NCBI GenBank assembly: GCA_002633005.1
Contig: NMRA01000064.1
Span: 439,977 to 503,976 of the forward strand
Source of the DNA: Phoronis australis
Taxonomy: Eukaryota; Animalia; Phoronida
Reading direction: 5' to 3'
Length of the DNA stretch: 64,000 nucleotides
Shown here one piece after another: positions 1 through 12,440 of this stretch. Numbering within the stretch: position 1 is the stretch's first letter; each line of letters starts with the position of its first letter. Under the pieces are notes generated by a model. That model did no database searches and was not told the origin of the DNA. It saw only the letters and a list, made by a program, of their open reading frames with translations. The translations under genes were made by a program, and so were the position numbers.

Positions 1-1195
1 CCAGATGACTATTTGATAATCACAAAAACAGGATGACTATTTGATAATCACAAAAACATCTAAAAGGACAAACTATTTGAGGATGCACTGTGTAGAATTG
101 TTTTGATATGTTTACCTGGTTATCCAAACACCAGCCAAAGTCCCAGAATGAGAGGTCATGACCTAAAAATGACTCATTACATTTTTTCAAATGCAACAAA
201 TTCAGCTTCAAAAAGAAACTTGTCTAGTTCAGTTTTCATGTCTGGATTTATTTCAAAACCATGTACATATAAACAATATTTTATAAAAACTGACATAGTT
301 CATTGCACTAATGAAATGCCAAAGCACAAAACATAATAAATAATGACTTGAACATTACGTCCAGCAAACTAATTAGTTTCATCAGAAATAATCACCATCA
401 AGCACATGTTCCAACACCTGATCAAGCAGTCGGAGTTGAACACGTTTTACTTTACAAAGTCAATACTGTAGGATACTTAAAGCACAAATGTGTAAATTTT
501 ACAGAATTGGCCAGGCATGAGAGCTCAGGCTTAATGATTTGGGAACATTTCTATCTGTTAATGCAAATTAGCTCAATTTTTTTTTTAACCATTCATTGTA
601 ATAAATTCAATTGGCAATAAGAGAATGTCATTTATACTGAAACCAATATGATCTTGAAAAAAAAATTACGATTTGAACGCATTTTGAAAACTTTGAAATC
701 CTTTCATTGAAGTAATATGGAGAACGTTTCCGGAGGCTCAAAAAATCTGCAACTTCAAAGTGAAATACAAAGTGTGGGAACAAAAATATTGTCTATGAGA
801 ATAATCCTGGACACAGTTCAAAAGAAAAACTAAACATGTTAACTTGCCTGATTTCAGAACTTTTGTCTCACACGTCATAAAATAACACTTGTCACTGAAG
901 CACATACAAGTCCCAACATAATGACAATACCTATGCATTGCATTTCACTGTTTCCCACGCACACAAATGGTAACTTTTCATTGTCAAAAGGACACATGTC
1001 ATAAATTTCCCAATTACAAGCTAGATCAAGATGTGCTCAGATTTGTTTCTGTAATAAACCACATATGCTGCTCTTGTTGTATCGTTTGATCCTCCATTAA
1101 CACCAATCACCCCCCCCCCTTGAAGTTTTAGAATTGTTTGGAATGTTATGAAATAAGTTAAAGTATCAGTTCTGCTTAAGCCAGTCAACCAAACA

Positions 1196-1321
1196 TCAGT
1201 CCGCTGCTCCTTCAACATCAGGGATTCCTGCTTCTTTATCTCGCCCCTTTCTTTCTGCTTCAATTAGTTTATTCAGTTCATCTGTCCTTTTCTTGTCAAT
1301 AACTTCCATTTCGCGAATTTT
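1196..1321 (-). CDS. C22orf23: EVG1 exon 7 (last coding): KIREMEVIDKKRTDELNKLIEAERKGRDKEAGIPDVEGAAD*
   Basis: gtttttag| acceptor, phase 0, TGA at 1196-1198. Spliced CDS totals 717 nt (238 aa). Confidence 0.85.
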   Translation of the reverse strand, partial: KIREMEVIDKKRTDELNKLIEAERKGRDKEAGIPDVEGAAD

Positions 1322-1865
1322 CTAAAAACAAAAATAGAGACAAATGAGGCTACAGCAAATGTAGCGTGGAAACGGAAAGACTCTCCCACACAAATCTGAT
1401 GCGATTTTCAGCAGGGAAATATCTGTGACAGACCAGTAACTTTACCTTAACTCAGTCAAGCACTGCATGTTAGAAGAGACCTTTTGCCACAAGAGACTAG
1501 AAGCTTTAAAATAGTCGCCACTCCGTTCACCTGATGGATTTTTGTAACTTAAAAATAACAATAAACTTTACACTGGTAGATCTAGAATGTCATGATGAGG
1601 ACACACAGTTTTCAAAGGACAAACATAATGGATAACACTAAAAATAACATACCCATTAAAAACATCTCCAATTAAGTGAATGATCCCCAGCACAGCAGTT
1701 TTCATCACTAGCTATAACAACATCAGGCTTTGTGTTTTTTATCTGATAATTCATGTTAGTACTTAATGTCAGAAGTAACTTTGTATTTCTTCAACAGATC
1801 ACAACAATCAAACTTGATCGATTCCTCATTTTTGTCAACTCTGTGCAACGTGCAAGGTGTCCTAC

Positions 1866-1966
1866 CTGTGAGATCTCAGTATCTATGATAGGCCTGTACT
1901 GCTTGCCTTTACCCAGTTGTTCCATCTCGTTCAGAAACTGTTGTCGTTCTTCCACTTCCTGTTGTA
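1866..1966 (-). CDS. C22orf23: EVG1 exon 6: (L)QQEVEERQQFLNEMEQLGKGKQYRPIIDTEISQ
   Basis: ggtttacag| acceptor and CAG|GTAGGA donor; 101 nt, phase 1->0; E.EER.QFL.EME.LG.GK.YR.II.TEISQ is the conserved UPF0193 C-terminal motif. Confidence 0.9.
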
Positions 1967-2722
1967 CTGTAAACCAGAACACGATTATGCAAACACGTAC
2001 GTGAACAATTGCGTATACAAGAGCAAGTACCATGAACATCGCAAGGGTGGAGAAACAACCCTTAGATCAGACCAAGCACATTCTAGTAAATCAACTGTGA
2101 ATATCAGAAAGACCACGCACAGCATCTGATCTCAGGATAAGGTAGTTACTGGTTATTTGGATTTACAGGTTCTGCAATAACCAGTCTTTTTAGGTCCGCC
2201 CACAAGATAGGATCTCAGGTCTCACTGTGTACACAATTCAATAATAGAATATGTGAGTCTGGCCACTGAATTATTTGTCTATACAGATCATTAGATGTCT
2301 AACCACTGGGGTTTGTTTGCAGAAGAAATATTCCACTCAAACATGGCCTGAAATTTTGACGCATACTAAATCCAAAACTGAAAGAAAAATCAAAAATACC
2401 GAACATCAAGACTTACAGCAAGTAGCATATCAAAAAGATAACAAATTTTTTTTTTTCAAATTTGAACAAAAACAACTGCAGAAATGCAGATGTTCCAATT
2501 TACAAAAACTCACAAAGAGCTGTTCAAAAAGCTCAGCGCTTCACTTTTTTCTCAAGATGACTACTCCACAATACAAAATTGTGAAATTAATAATTATAAT
2601 TATAATTATAATTCTCTATTTTTTTAAAACACATTTGACAGAAGCAGAATTTTCCATTACGCCATATTGTTGTAAATGGAAGATGTTTGTGAAGACAAAA
2701 ACAATTTTAGGTAGACACTTAC

Positions 2723-2863
2723 GCTCATCAAATCTATCCATCTGTGGCTCATCATCTGGTGGGTTCAACCGCTTCATCATTTTCTCCTGTGTTGGCGGTG
2801 GAAGGTCCTCACCATAGGCCATCATGTTGGCCAGTCTAATTTTGTCTTTCTCATTCCTACAAG
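2723..2863 (-). CDS. C22orf23: Duplicate copy of EVG1 exon 5 (probably the other haplotype)
   Basis: Near-identical to 5183-5323; the differences seen are synonymous (CCA/CCT, and CTA/TTA across the junction). Confidence 0.6.
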
Positions 2864-3471
2864 CTGTGAAGAAAGGGACATGAGTTAGGTGTGACATAAA
2901 TACTTGCTATTCTAAAAATAGCAAATATGTTTATCATCTTGTTAAAACGTGATTTATTTTTAGAATAATGTAGCAGCTGATTAAGGATACAGAGAAACAT
3001 GAATAGTAAACTGAATATGAAAAGAAAACCAAAGCACCAAATGCCAATAGTAGTGCCAAGAAAACCTTAGAAACAGCAATCAAACAAAAATGATAAAGTC
3101 AACTGCTTCATCATACAATTTGAGGAGTACTTCCAATTGATGTGTATAAAGAAATGGTTACTGAATAGAATCACAGTTTGCGTGTACAATTCAATGCCTG
3201 CAATTCAATTTTGATTCCTCAACATTTTTCACTTCAATGACCTAAGGGGATAAATTTTGTTGGCAAAAAATCTATTGACAGAAAACCTAGTTAATTATCT
3301 TAAAAAATTGGATGGAATACCCCCTCAACACTAATACCCCCTCGACATATAACATCACTGGAATGTCATCAAACAACCAACCTGGTATAACTATTTTACT
3401 TGCTTTTATTATTGATATCATTCAAAAGTTCATCATCTAACTAACAGCCCTACAGTTCTAAATCAACTTAC

Positions 3472-3557
3472 GTGTATTTTTCGGTACATAGTTTGGTCTA
3501 ACGTAAGCACCAGATAGTTCAATGTCTTCTTTTTTCCTCATTCCACCACTGTAATTT
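3472..3557 (-). CDS. C22orf23: Duplicate copy of EVG1 exon 4 (probably the other haplotype)
   Basis: Sequence identical to 5972-6057 and inside the gap-flanking duplication. Confidence 0.6.
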
Positions 3558-5182
3558 CTGCAAAATGACAAAAATGAGTCAGTAAATATTATTTCGTCAA
3601 CAGCTTTGACCTCACAATTACATTTTCTATCAAAATGCCAGTGACCATTCAGTGGTCAAATACCAAATAAGGGAATATTGTCCCAAAAATCTGTGANNNN
3701 NNNNNNNNNNNNNNNNNNNNNNNNNNNNNNNNNNNNNNNNNNNNNNNNNNNNNNNNNNNNNNNNNNNNNNNNNNNNNNNNNNNNNNNNNNNNNNNNNNNN
3801 NNNNNNNNNNNNNNNNNNNNNNNNNNNNNNNNNNNNNNNNNNNNNNNNNNNNNNNNNNNNNNNNNNNNNNNNNNNNNNNNNNNNNNNNNNNNNNNNNNNN
3901 NNNNNNNNNNNNNNNNNNNNNNNNNNNNNNNNNNNNNNNNNNNNNNNNNNNNNNNNNNNNNNNNNNNNNNNNNNNNNNNNNNNNNNNNNNNNNNNNNNNN
4001 NNNNNNNNNNNNNNNNNNNNNNNNNNNNNNNNNNNNNNNNNNNNNNNNNNNNNNNNNNNNNNNNNNNNNNNNNNNNNNNNNNNNNNNNNNNNNNNNNNNN
4101 NNNNNNNNNNNNNNNNNNNNNNNNNNNNNNNNNNNNNNNNNNNNNNNNNNNNNNNNNNNNNNNNNNNNNNNNNNNNNNNNNNNNNNNNNNNNNNNNNNNN
4201 NNNNNNNNNNNNNNNNNNNNNNNNNNNNNNNNNNNNNNNNNNNNNNNNNNNNNNNNNNNNNNNNNNNNNNNNNNNNNNNNNNNNNNNNNNNNNNNNNNNN
4301 NNNNNNNNNNNNNNNNNNNNNNNNNNNNNNNNNNNNNNNNNNNNNNNNNNNNNNNNNNNNNNNNNNNNNNNNNNNNNNNNNNNNNNNNNNNNNNNNNNNN
4401 NNNNNNNNNNNNNNNNNNNNNNNNNNNNNNNNNNNNNNNNNNNNNNNNNNNNNNNNNNNNNNNNNNNNNNNNNNNNNNNNNNNNNNNNNNNNNNNNNNNN
4501 NNNNNNNNNNNNNNNNNNNNNNNNNNNNNNNNNNNNNNNNNNNNNNNNNNNNNNNNNNNNNNNNNNNNNNNNNNNNNNNNNNNNNNNNNNNNNNNNNNNN
4601 NNNNNNNNNNNNNNGGTAGTTACTGGTTATTTGGATTTACAGGTTCTGCAATAACCAGTCTTTTTAGGTCCGCCCACAAGATAGGATCTCAGGTCTCACT
4701 GTGTACACAATTCAATAATAGAATGTGCGAGTCTGGCCACTGAATTATTTGTCTATACAGATCATTAGATGTCTAACCACTGGGGTTTGTTTGCAGAAGA
4801 AATATTCCACTCAAACATGGCCTGAAATTTTGACGCATACTAAATCCAAAACTGAAAGAAAAATCGAAAATACCAAACATCAAGACTTACAGCAAGTAGC
4901 ATATCAAAAAGATAACAAAAAGTTTTTTCAAATTTGAACAAAAACAACTGCAGAAATGCAGATGTTCCATTTTACAAAAACTCACAAAGAGCTGTTAAAA
5001 AAGCTCAGCGTTTCACTTTTTTCTCAATATGACTACTCCACAATACAAAATTGTGAAATTAATAAAAAATGTTCTCTATTTTTTTAAAACACATTTGACA
5101 GAAGCAGAATTTTCAATTACGCCATATTGTTGTAAATGGAAGATGTTTGTGAAGACAAAAACAATTTTAGTTAGATACTTAC

Positions 5183-5323
5183 ACTCATCAAATCTATCCA
5201 TCTGTGGCTCATCATCTGGAGGGTTCAACCGCTTCATCATTTTCTCCTGTGTTGGCGGTGGAAGGTCCTCACCATAGGCCATCATGTTGGCCAGTCTAAT
5301 TTTGTCTTTCTCATTCCTACAAG
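5183..5323 (-). CDS. C22orf23: EVG1 exon 5: (P)CRNEKDKIRLANMMAYGEDLPPPTQEKMMKRLNPPDDEPQMDRFDE
   Basis: ttcacag| acceptor and |GTAAGT donor; 141 nt, phase 1->1; EK.RL.N.MA.G motif. Second copy at 2723-2863. Confidence 0.85.
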
Positions 5324-5971
5324 CTGTGAAGAAAGGGACATGAGTTAGGTGTGACATAAATACTCGCTATTCTAAAAATAACAAATATGTTTGACATAAA
5401 TACATGCTATTCTAAAAATAACAAATATGTTTATCATCTCGTTAAAACGTGATTTATTTTTAGACTAATGTAGCAGCTGATTAAGGATACAGAGAAACAT
5501 GAATAGTAAACTGAGTATAAAAAGAAAACCAAAGCACTAAATGCCAATAGTAGTGCCAAGAAAACCTTAGAAACAGCAATCAAACAAAAATGATAAAGTC
5601 AACTGCTTCATCATACAATTTGAGGAGCACTTCCATTTGATGTATATAAAGAAATGGTTAATAAATAGAATCACAGTTTGAGTGTACAATTCAATGCCTG
5701 CAATTCAATTTTGATTCCTCAACATTTTTCACTTAAATGACCTAAGGGGATAAATTTTGTTGGCAAAAAATCTATTGACAGAAAACCTAGTTAATTATCT
5801 TAAAAAATTGGATGGAATACCCCCTCGACACGATTACCCCCTCGACATATAACATCACTGGAATGTCATCAAACAACCAACCTGGTATAACTATTTTACT
5901 TGCTTTTATTATTGATATCATTCAAAAGTTCATCATCTAACTAACAGCCCTGCAGTTCTAAATCAACTTAC

Positions 5972-6057
5972 GTGTATTTTTCGGTACATAGTTTGGTCTA
6001 ACGTAAGCACCAGATAGTTCAATGTCTTCTTTTTTCCTCATTCCACCACTGTAATTT
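5972..6057 (-). CDS. C22orf23: EVG1 exon 4: (R)NYSGGMRKKEDIELSGAYVRPNYVPKNT
   Basis: ttttgcag| acceptor and |GTAAGT donor; 86 nt, phase 2->1. Identical second copy at 3472-3557. Confidence 0.82.
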
Positions 6058-6622
6058 CTGCAAAATGACAAAAATGAGTCAGTAAATATTATTTCGTCAA
6101 CAGCTTTGACCTCACAATTACATTTTCTATCAAAATGCCAGTGACCATTCAGTGGTCAAATACCAAATAAGGGAATATTGTCCCAAAAATCTGTGAGGCT
6201 ACATAGAGCTTTAACTGGTCGTGTTTTGCACAACCTGTTTTGACTTGTCACTGCGTCGAGTTTGAATTACGCCCTGACTAGTTTGGCTTACTTGCATTGA
6301 GTTTGAAAACCTATGCGATGAATTTGAAGTATTGGGAGTAGTTTCTTAAGAAAATTAGGACATTTTGGATTTTAGAACCACTTAAATACATTTATTACAA
6401 GACCTAACACATAAACTCCCCACAGTATGGACATGAACTTTCAAACATTTTGTAATTTCAGCTGAGTTTGAATTTTCTGTGGATGAGAACACTGCTACAC
6501 TATTATGACCACAAAGCACAGTAAGTTCTAAGCAATGTTGCATGTTAGTCAATCAACGGTTTATTAACTGATTATAAATACACAGACTGAACGAAGAATA
6601 AAGGATGCCCAGACCAACACAC

Positions 6623-6728
6623 CTTGGGTTGAGAACCTTAGGCATGGGAGCTGGGGCCTGCACCTGTGATCTCTTGCCTCTCGCACTAGTTGTTGGGTTC
6701 ACACCTTCTTTAGGTAACGCTTCACCTC
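6623..6728 (-). CDS. C22orf23: EVG1 exon 3: (R)GEALPKEGVNPTTSARGKRSQVQAPAPMPKVLNP
   Basis: ttctacag| acceptor and AG|GTGTGT donor; 106 nt, phase 1->2, in frame with neighbours. Confidence 0.8.
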
Positions 6729-7579
6729 CTGTAGAAGACAACTCAGCATCGGTGCATGTACAAAGTAGGGGTGCAATATGTAGCAACAAATCTATACATC
6801 AGATGTGTGTTTTCCAAAGATAGTAGTTGCTTTTTGGCCAAAATAGCAGCAAGAGTCTAATCACAAGCGCACACGTGAAGAGTGACATGATTGACCCTAT
6901 CCAACGTTTCAGTTTATTACAAAAAAATGATGAATCTTCAGGGACTAGTATGACAGCAAAATACAGTATATATAGAGTCACACTAATCAGGATCACATCG
7001 AATTTGTTAGTTCCTTGAAAATGTTCTGGTTAGAAATGGTTATCCTAAATTATTTTTCAAGTCCTGTGTTGGTAGATTCTTATGCAATAGGAATATTGTT
7101 AGATGTGTTACTGGCAACCCTGATCAACAAAATCTGTTATTGAATCTACCATACTTGGATAACAACAGTACTATTTTGAATAGACAGGTGGGCAGAATGC
7201 TTAATGTCATTGCACCTCCTGTTAAATTGTTAACCATATTTATTCAAGCATAATAATAGACTTCATTCACTATCCAAACTTAAATCACTGTTGTCTACAT
7301 TGAAAAAAGACATGTAGTATATCAGATTAATTGTAACTATTGTAAACAATTTTACACTGGTATGATTAACAACATTTTTTACAGAGTAAAATAACATTCT
7401 AAGGATAACCATAAGTGCTGTCCTAAATCATTCATTAGAGACTGGTCATAATATTAATAAACGAACAATTGCCACACAAATGAAAAAGTTCATATTGATT
7501 CGATATTTCGTCTATTCATTATACGTCTATTCTTGGACAACTCTACGTTGTATACTGTGAACAACAAAATTTAACATAC

Positions 7580-7642
7580 GCGTAATCTGAGCTGTTAGGT
7601 GTCTTTGTTGAAAATTGGTTAACTTGGATTCTTTCATCATCT
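7580..7642 (-). CDS. C22orf23: EVG1 exon 2: (E)MMKESKLTNFQQRHLTAQIT
   Basis: ttttcag| acceptor and |GTATGT donor; 63 nt, phase 1->1; conserved MMKESKLTNFQQR motif. Confidence 0.88.
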
Positions 7643-8411
7643 CTGAAAAGTAAGATAAATTACTTTAAACCGGCTATAAACTCTAGTCACCATGACTACA
7701 TTTAATTGGTGTCAACTTGTTCCTTACTCAGATGAAGAGCAATTCTAGGGCTTGCGAAGAACTGAAAGTTCATTATTCCTTGAGGCCATGCTTGCCTTGC
7801 TTAGTACAGAGAATGACATGGCATGACAAGCTCACTTGGTCTCAAGCAATAACAAAATGTCAGTCCTTACAAAGTCCTAAAGTCACCTTCAGTTTGACAA
7901 AAGAATAATTTTGAAACCACATTACAATAAGTGGTATAAATCAAAATTTGTTTTTTACGCCACAGAAGATGAGTTCATCACCACTTAAATATTTACATAA
8001 CTGATGTGTGCTAGTTATTCATTGGTGAAGTCTATTTTAGTTACTGCATGCTTTTATACTAAACATACAGTGCCAGGCTTGAGTAAAAACAGCAGATAAC
8101 TAATACAACAATGGGTGGAACAAGTAACATTATATTAACAATAACACGATAAGTTCAATGAGAGTCACAACACAACTGATAATGTCGAGCAAGAGGGTCA
8201 GACCCAGCAGGATATTTCCAATGTGGGAGATACAAAACAAACAATAATGTCATCGACAGGTCTGAATCCAAAGTTAGTTTTTGTTTAGCCAGGAAGATGG
8301 GTTTATAGCCTGAAAGCAGTTTTGACCAATAAATGTAACCTATCACAAATAAATTAAAAAGAAATGACAATGTACGGAATGGTACAATAGCACTGACATA
8401 CATGATGTACG

Positions 8412-8534
8412 CAATATTAGGAAACTGGCCTGTTCTCTGGTAACCAGAAGTGCCAATGGTACACAATATTAGGAAACCGGCTCGTTCTCCAGTAACCTCA
8501 AGTGCCAACGGTACACAATAATAGGAAACTGACC
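8412..8534. repeat. Minisatellite, about 52-bp unit x about 2.4
   Basis: caatattaggaaac...ctc..gtaacc..aagtgccaa.ggtaca repeated. Confidence 0.7.
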
Positions 8535-8992
8535 TAAAATGCACTTAGCATTGGAAGATATTGTCAGAATTATTACTAGCACATAGGCGGAAGAGGCCCT
8601 AGGCCCCCTCTTATGATATCCTAGATCCGCTACTGCACCATACAAACTCAGCTAAGAACGTTCTTATGACAAAAATACACACACAATTAGCATAGTGATG
8701 TTGCCAAGTTCAGTTGAAACCACAAGTCATAGACCACTTGAAATTGAACGATTTTGTTGTTAGTGAATCATGTATGATAATTACAGAACTATCGTAGTTA
8801 ATCCCATATTTCAGATTTCATTGCTGGTCTCTTGGCATATACACGGGAGACCATGAAAAACATACTCATCTGAAAAACAAGACCTCATATGCGCTTCATT
8901 TTTGATTAATTGAGAAAGAGCTGCTCGACGAGGGTCTCTGCTATGCAACACCATGACGAACACCAGCACCAGTGGTAACATAGTCACTAACA

Positions 8993-9069
8993 CAGGTCCT
9001 GCATTTTGAGAACCAGTTTCTCCACCGAATAACAGTTATCAAACTGGTTCTCATAATACGGGACCCCTG
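8993..9069. repeat. Short imperfect inverted repeat (tiny MITE-like)
   Basis: caggtcctgcattttgagaaccagtt ... aactggttctcataatacgggacccctg. Confidence 0.55.
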
Positions 9070-9118
9070 CAAGTGATTTCCGCCCCATCAGTCAGTGTTG
9101 TGTACATCAGTACATGCT

Positions 9119-9532
9119 GCTGTGCGTGAACTAGGAATCTTGATTAATCTAAAGGTTGCGTATGTGTGAACTTGGAATACATGAGGAAACTTGACAAGTT
9201 CACTCAAATCAATCACGTTCACGTTGATAAAAATTTGCACATGTTAATAAAATAATGTAAATTTTAAACAATCCATTTTCAACTGTTGGCGATCTTATTC
9301 ACCAAACAATAATTCGTTATAACCATTTACATATTCCTCCGATTCTTTGACTTTGACATAACCTAAACTAAAGGAAAGCCAAAGGGAAAATGAGTGATTA
9401 TCGAGACCCATAAGTACAAAAATTCTTTACATTGAACCAAAAGTTTCACCTGATTGCCCAAATGAATATTCAATTCCAAGATCACGCATACGCTATCTTG
9501 AGATTAAGCAGGATTCTAAGTTCACGGAAAGC
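9119..9532. mobile_element. MITE family A, copy 1 (EVG1 intron 1)
   Basis: About 60-bp imperfect TIRs (gctgtgcgtgaactaggaat... / ...attctaagttcacggaaagc); the internal sequence (aatcacgttcacgt.gata.aaatttgcac...ttcaact.ttgg.ga.cttattcacca) is shared with 47138-47568. Confidence 0.8.
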
Positions 9533-9680
9533 CAGTGTCAGTGTTCTGCATCAGCATTCCAGGGCGAGTGTCAGCAGTGACCGACTGGCAACAACAGTTC
9601 CAATGTATTTAAGGCGACATCTGTTGGACCAATACTGCCATGACATTTTGAAACTAAAGCAATACATTTTCTGGTTTTAC

Positions 9681-9774
9681 CTTTCAAGAGATTTTGAGTT
9701 TCTTTGCTGTAAGTGCCCTGTTTACTTTCCCAAAACCCTCCCTTTTGCACACCCTGCCTTCCACGGTCGGCCAT
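9681..9774 (-). CDS. C22orf23: UPF0193/EVG1 (C22orf23-like) coding exon 1: MADRGRQGVQKGGFWESKQGTYSKETQNLLK
   Basis: ATG at 9774 in context aaaATGG; ends AAA G|GTAAAA (phase 1). The YSKETQ.LLK followed by MMKESKLTNFQQR pattern is characteristic of UPF0193 proteins. Confidence 0.85.
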
Positions 9775-10579
9775 TTTCGAAGCTTTTCTGTTGACAAGAA
9801 CCACGGTATTTTTCGAGACTCTCCGAGTTTCACAACAGAGGTCGCCAGAGAAATTTACATGTCTGCGCTCATTGAGAACCATCTTTCCAGGACCCGAAAT
9901 TTGCCGAAACTAAGGATTTAAATCANNNNNNNNNNNNNNNNNNNNNNNNNNNNNNNNNNNNNNNNNNNNNNNNNNNNNNNNNNNNNNNNNNNNNNNNNNN
10001 NNNNNNNNNNNNNNNNNNNNNNNNNNNNNNNNNNNNNNNNNNNNNNNNNNNNNNNNNNNNNNNNNNNNNNNNNNNNNNNNNNNNNNNNNNNNNNNNNNNN
10101 NNNNNNNNNNNNNNNNNNNNNNNNNNNNNNNNNNNNNNNNNNNNNNNNNNNNNNNNNNNNNNNNNNNNNNNNNNNNNNNNNNNNNNNNNNNNNNNNNNNN
10201 NNNNNNNNNNNNNNNNNNNNNNNNNNNNNNNNNNNNNNNNNNNNNNNNNNNNNNNNNNNNNNNNNNNNNNNNNNNNNNNNNNNNNNNNNNNNNNNNNNNN
10301 NNNNNNNNNNNNNNNNCAAGAGCAAAAAGTCAAATAAAGAGGTCACAAATACAAAATAAGTAAGGTCTGCCTGGAATAAAACAATTGTGATTTATTTTCC
10401 AGAACTGAAATTCTAAATCAATTTTAATCGATTTAAAAATCGATATCATACCAGTAAAACAGTTTGTGGTTGAAGTAGAGTTGCTGTAAACCACTTTCCA
10501 CTATTTTCTTGGCCTTTTTCTGTGTGGTTTTCTGTCCTTTCAAAAGGCGGCAGCACATGACGACCATAGGTGTCATTAT

Positions 10580-10724
10580 AAAATGGCTGCCGAAAACCAA
10601 TGCACAGTTGAACAACTCGGCTTAAGTAAAAGAAAACGTTTGAATCAACGAATACTACATATTTGTGAGAGTTAAATCAAGTCCTATTCAGATCATAACT
10701 TTGAAGTGGAATAATTGGGTGAGT
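10580..10724 (+). promoter_or_regulatory. Candidate 5' leader exon/promoter-proximal region of the microprotein-RSAD1 transcript, divergent from EVG1
   Basis: YY1-like AAAATGGCTGCC at 10580-10591, followed by a strong donor G|GTGAGT at 10719. Lies about 0.8 kb from the EVG1 ATG in head-to-head orientation. Confidence 0.35.
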
Positions 10725-10986
10725 AAGACAACAAGCCGGTTTTATGCTTAGGCGGACGACTATAGGGTTTCGGAGTGTATCTAGTCTAGCTAGCACAGCC
10801 AGGCTTCCTTGGGCTTGGCTTAGGCAATGACCATCGCCTCTGCTGGCCCTGCCAGTTGAGGCGATGAAGCTCCTATAGTCTCTAGAACAGACGTCCTCAG
10901 CTTCTGAGTTCTGATCGTCCCCAATACACTATATATAATACTGCAAGGTATGACACTCCGGACTAGAAATTCCACGGGTGCTTCAT

Positions 10987-12440
10987 TTCAGCCGTCCATA
11001 GCAAACACAAAACTCGATAAATTTACACAAAACAGGGTTTTGACCAGTCTTGGCGCAAAGCTGTATACTAAATATACAGCTTTGCACCGATGTGGGTAAA
11101 AAAGTGGAAAGGTAAAACCTTACACAAAATTAGTGTCATGAGAAACTACTACAGTCTTCCTTGAGTAAACTAAATTATTTAACGGTGTTGGAAAAATGGC
11201 GTTCTACCGTTAATCTGCAACTAAAGTTGTGGAGCGATCTTTAGCGATGGCTTTCAGCGCAATGAAATATTGCGTCACCTATTGGCCAGTTTCTTTTTTG
11301 GCCGATTCTTCTATCAACTGTGCTTCCATGAGGTTGCATATATGTCACAACAAATTATCAGAACCGGTTTCATATGATTTAGTTACAAGTGTTTAGAATT
11401 TTGATACCAAAAAAGAACGAATTTCAGAACAAATTTTGTTGCTGCGAAGTTGTCGCAAAAATTTAGGAAATGGTGCATGCGCGTGACATGAGCGTACTGT
11501 TTTCAAAACGACAACATACTTTTCATTGTTACAAAAGGTCGAGAATGACACAAGAAAATGACGTTTGTTGCATTGTTTTTCACGTAAACGGTTGTAGCGG
11601 GAAGGTGAGTGTCGGTTGACTCCCAGATTTTGCATGCACACTGTTCGGTCTATAGTTTTACATGTTGAAACAAGTTCCACAGTGAGGTAACGAGCACAAC
11701 TACCCTGGCTGTGTGCAGTTTCGGGGTCTCTGGGAGAAAAACACACAGTGATACCTAGCTGTATTTTGACGACAGTCTTCATACAGCTAGCCAGCTGGCT
11801 AGGTTTTGACAAACCATTAGCAATTGTTCTTTCTTCTAATACCATTCATGGTGTCCTGCTCCAGTGAGATCGCAACAAATTCGCGATCAAAACTCAAAAA
11901 TGTTCCCAAAAAGCCCAAGAATCAGTCCTCCTTTGACGGTTTGAGGTCAAGGACTGTACGGCAATTGCCGATTTGTCATGGAGTGTCACGAAATTGATTG
12001 ATAACTCCACACTTAGCCAGACCATTTCATAACCTTCCGTGATGAACCGGCAAATGCCGTCCATCATCCGTAACTCATCAGATAATTCCTTACCGTCCTT
12101 GACCTCTAACCATCAAAGGAGGACTGATGCGTGGGATTTTTGGGACCTTTTTTTACTTTGACCGCGAATTTGTTGCGACCTCGCTGGAGTATGGCATCCT
12201 GAATGGTATTAGAAGAAAGAACAATTACTAATGGTTTGTTGAAATCCTGTTTTGTGTAAATTTATTGAGTTTTTTGTTTGATATGGATAGACACTAATTT
12301 TGTGTAAGGTTTTACCTTTCCACTTTTTTACCCACATCGGTGCAAAGCTGTATATTTAGTATACAGCTTTGCGCCAAGGCTGGTCAAAACCCTGTTTTGT
12401 GTAAATTTATTGAGTTTTGTGTTTGCTATGGACGGCTGAA
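10987..12440. mobile_element. Non-autonomous DNA transposon/foldback with >=150-bp inverted arms (10987-11137 / 12290-12440), running into a gap
   Basis: The arms are near-perfect reverse complements, and each contains the internal palindrome gcaaagctgtata-ctaaa-tatacagctttgc. Confidence 0.8.
11809..12239. mobile_element. Inner MITE-like element with about 150-bp imperfect inverted arms, nested in the element above
   Basis: caaaccattagcaattgttctttcttctaataccattca...gaggtcaaggac versus gtccttgacctc...tgaatggtattagaagaaagaacaattactaatggtttg. Confidence 0.75.

Larger units (their letters stand above)
2141..6196. repeat. Direct duplication of about 1.56 kb (2141-3696 and 4615-6196) flanking an N gap
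   Basis: Both copies begin ggtagttactgg and end caaaaatctgtga. They differ by scattered SNPs and small indels and abut the gap exactly. Confidence 0.92.

Noticed and set aside
2275-2817. 180-aa plus-strand ORF antisense to EVG1
   Set aside because: Interrupted in the duplicate copy (4725-5277), runs through microsatellite and poly-T, and overlaps a real exon on the other strand.
3678-4619. Long ORFs spanning N runs (also 9918-10346 and 12328-12969)
   Set aside because: Artefacts of translating assembly gaps.
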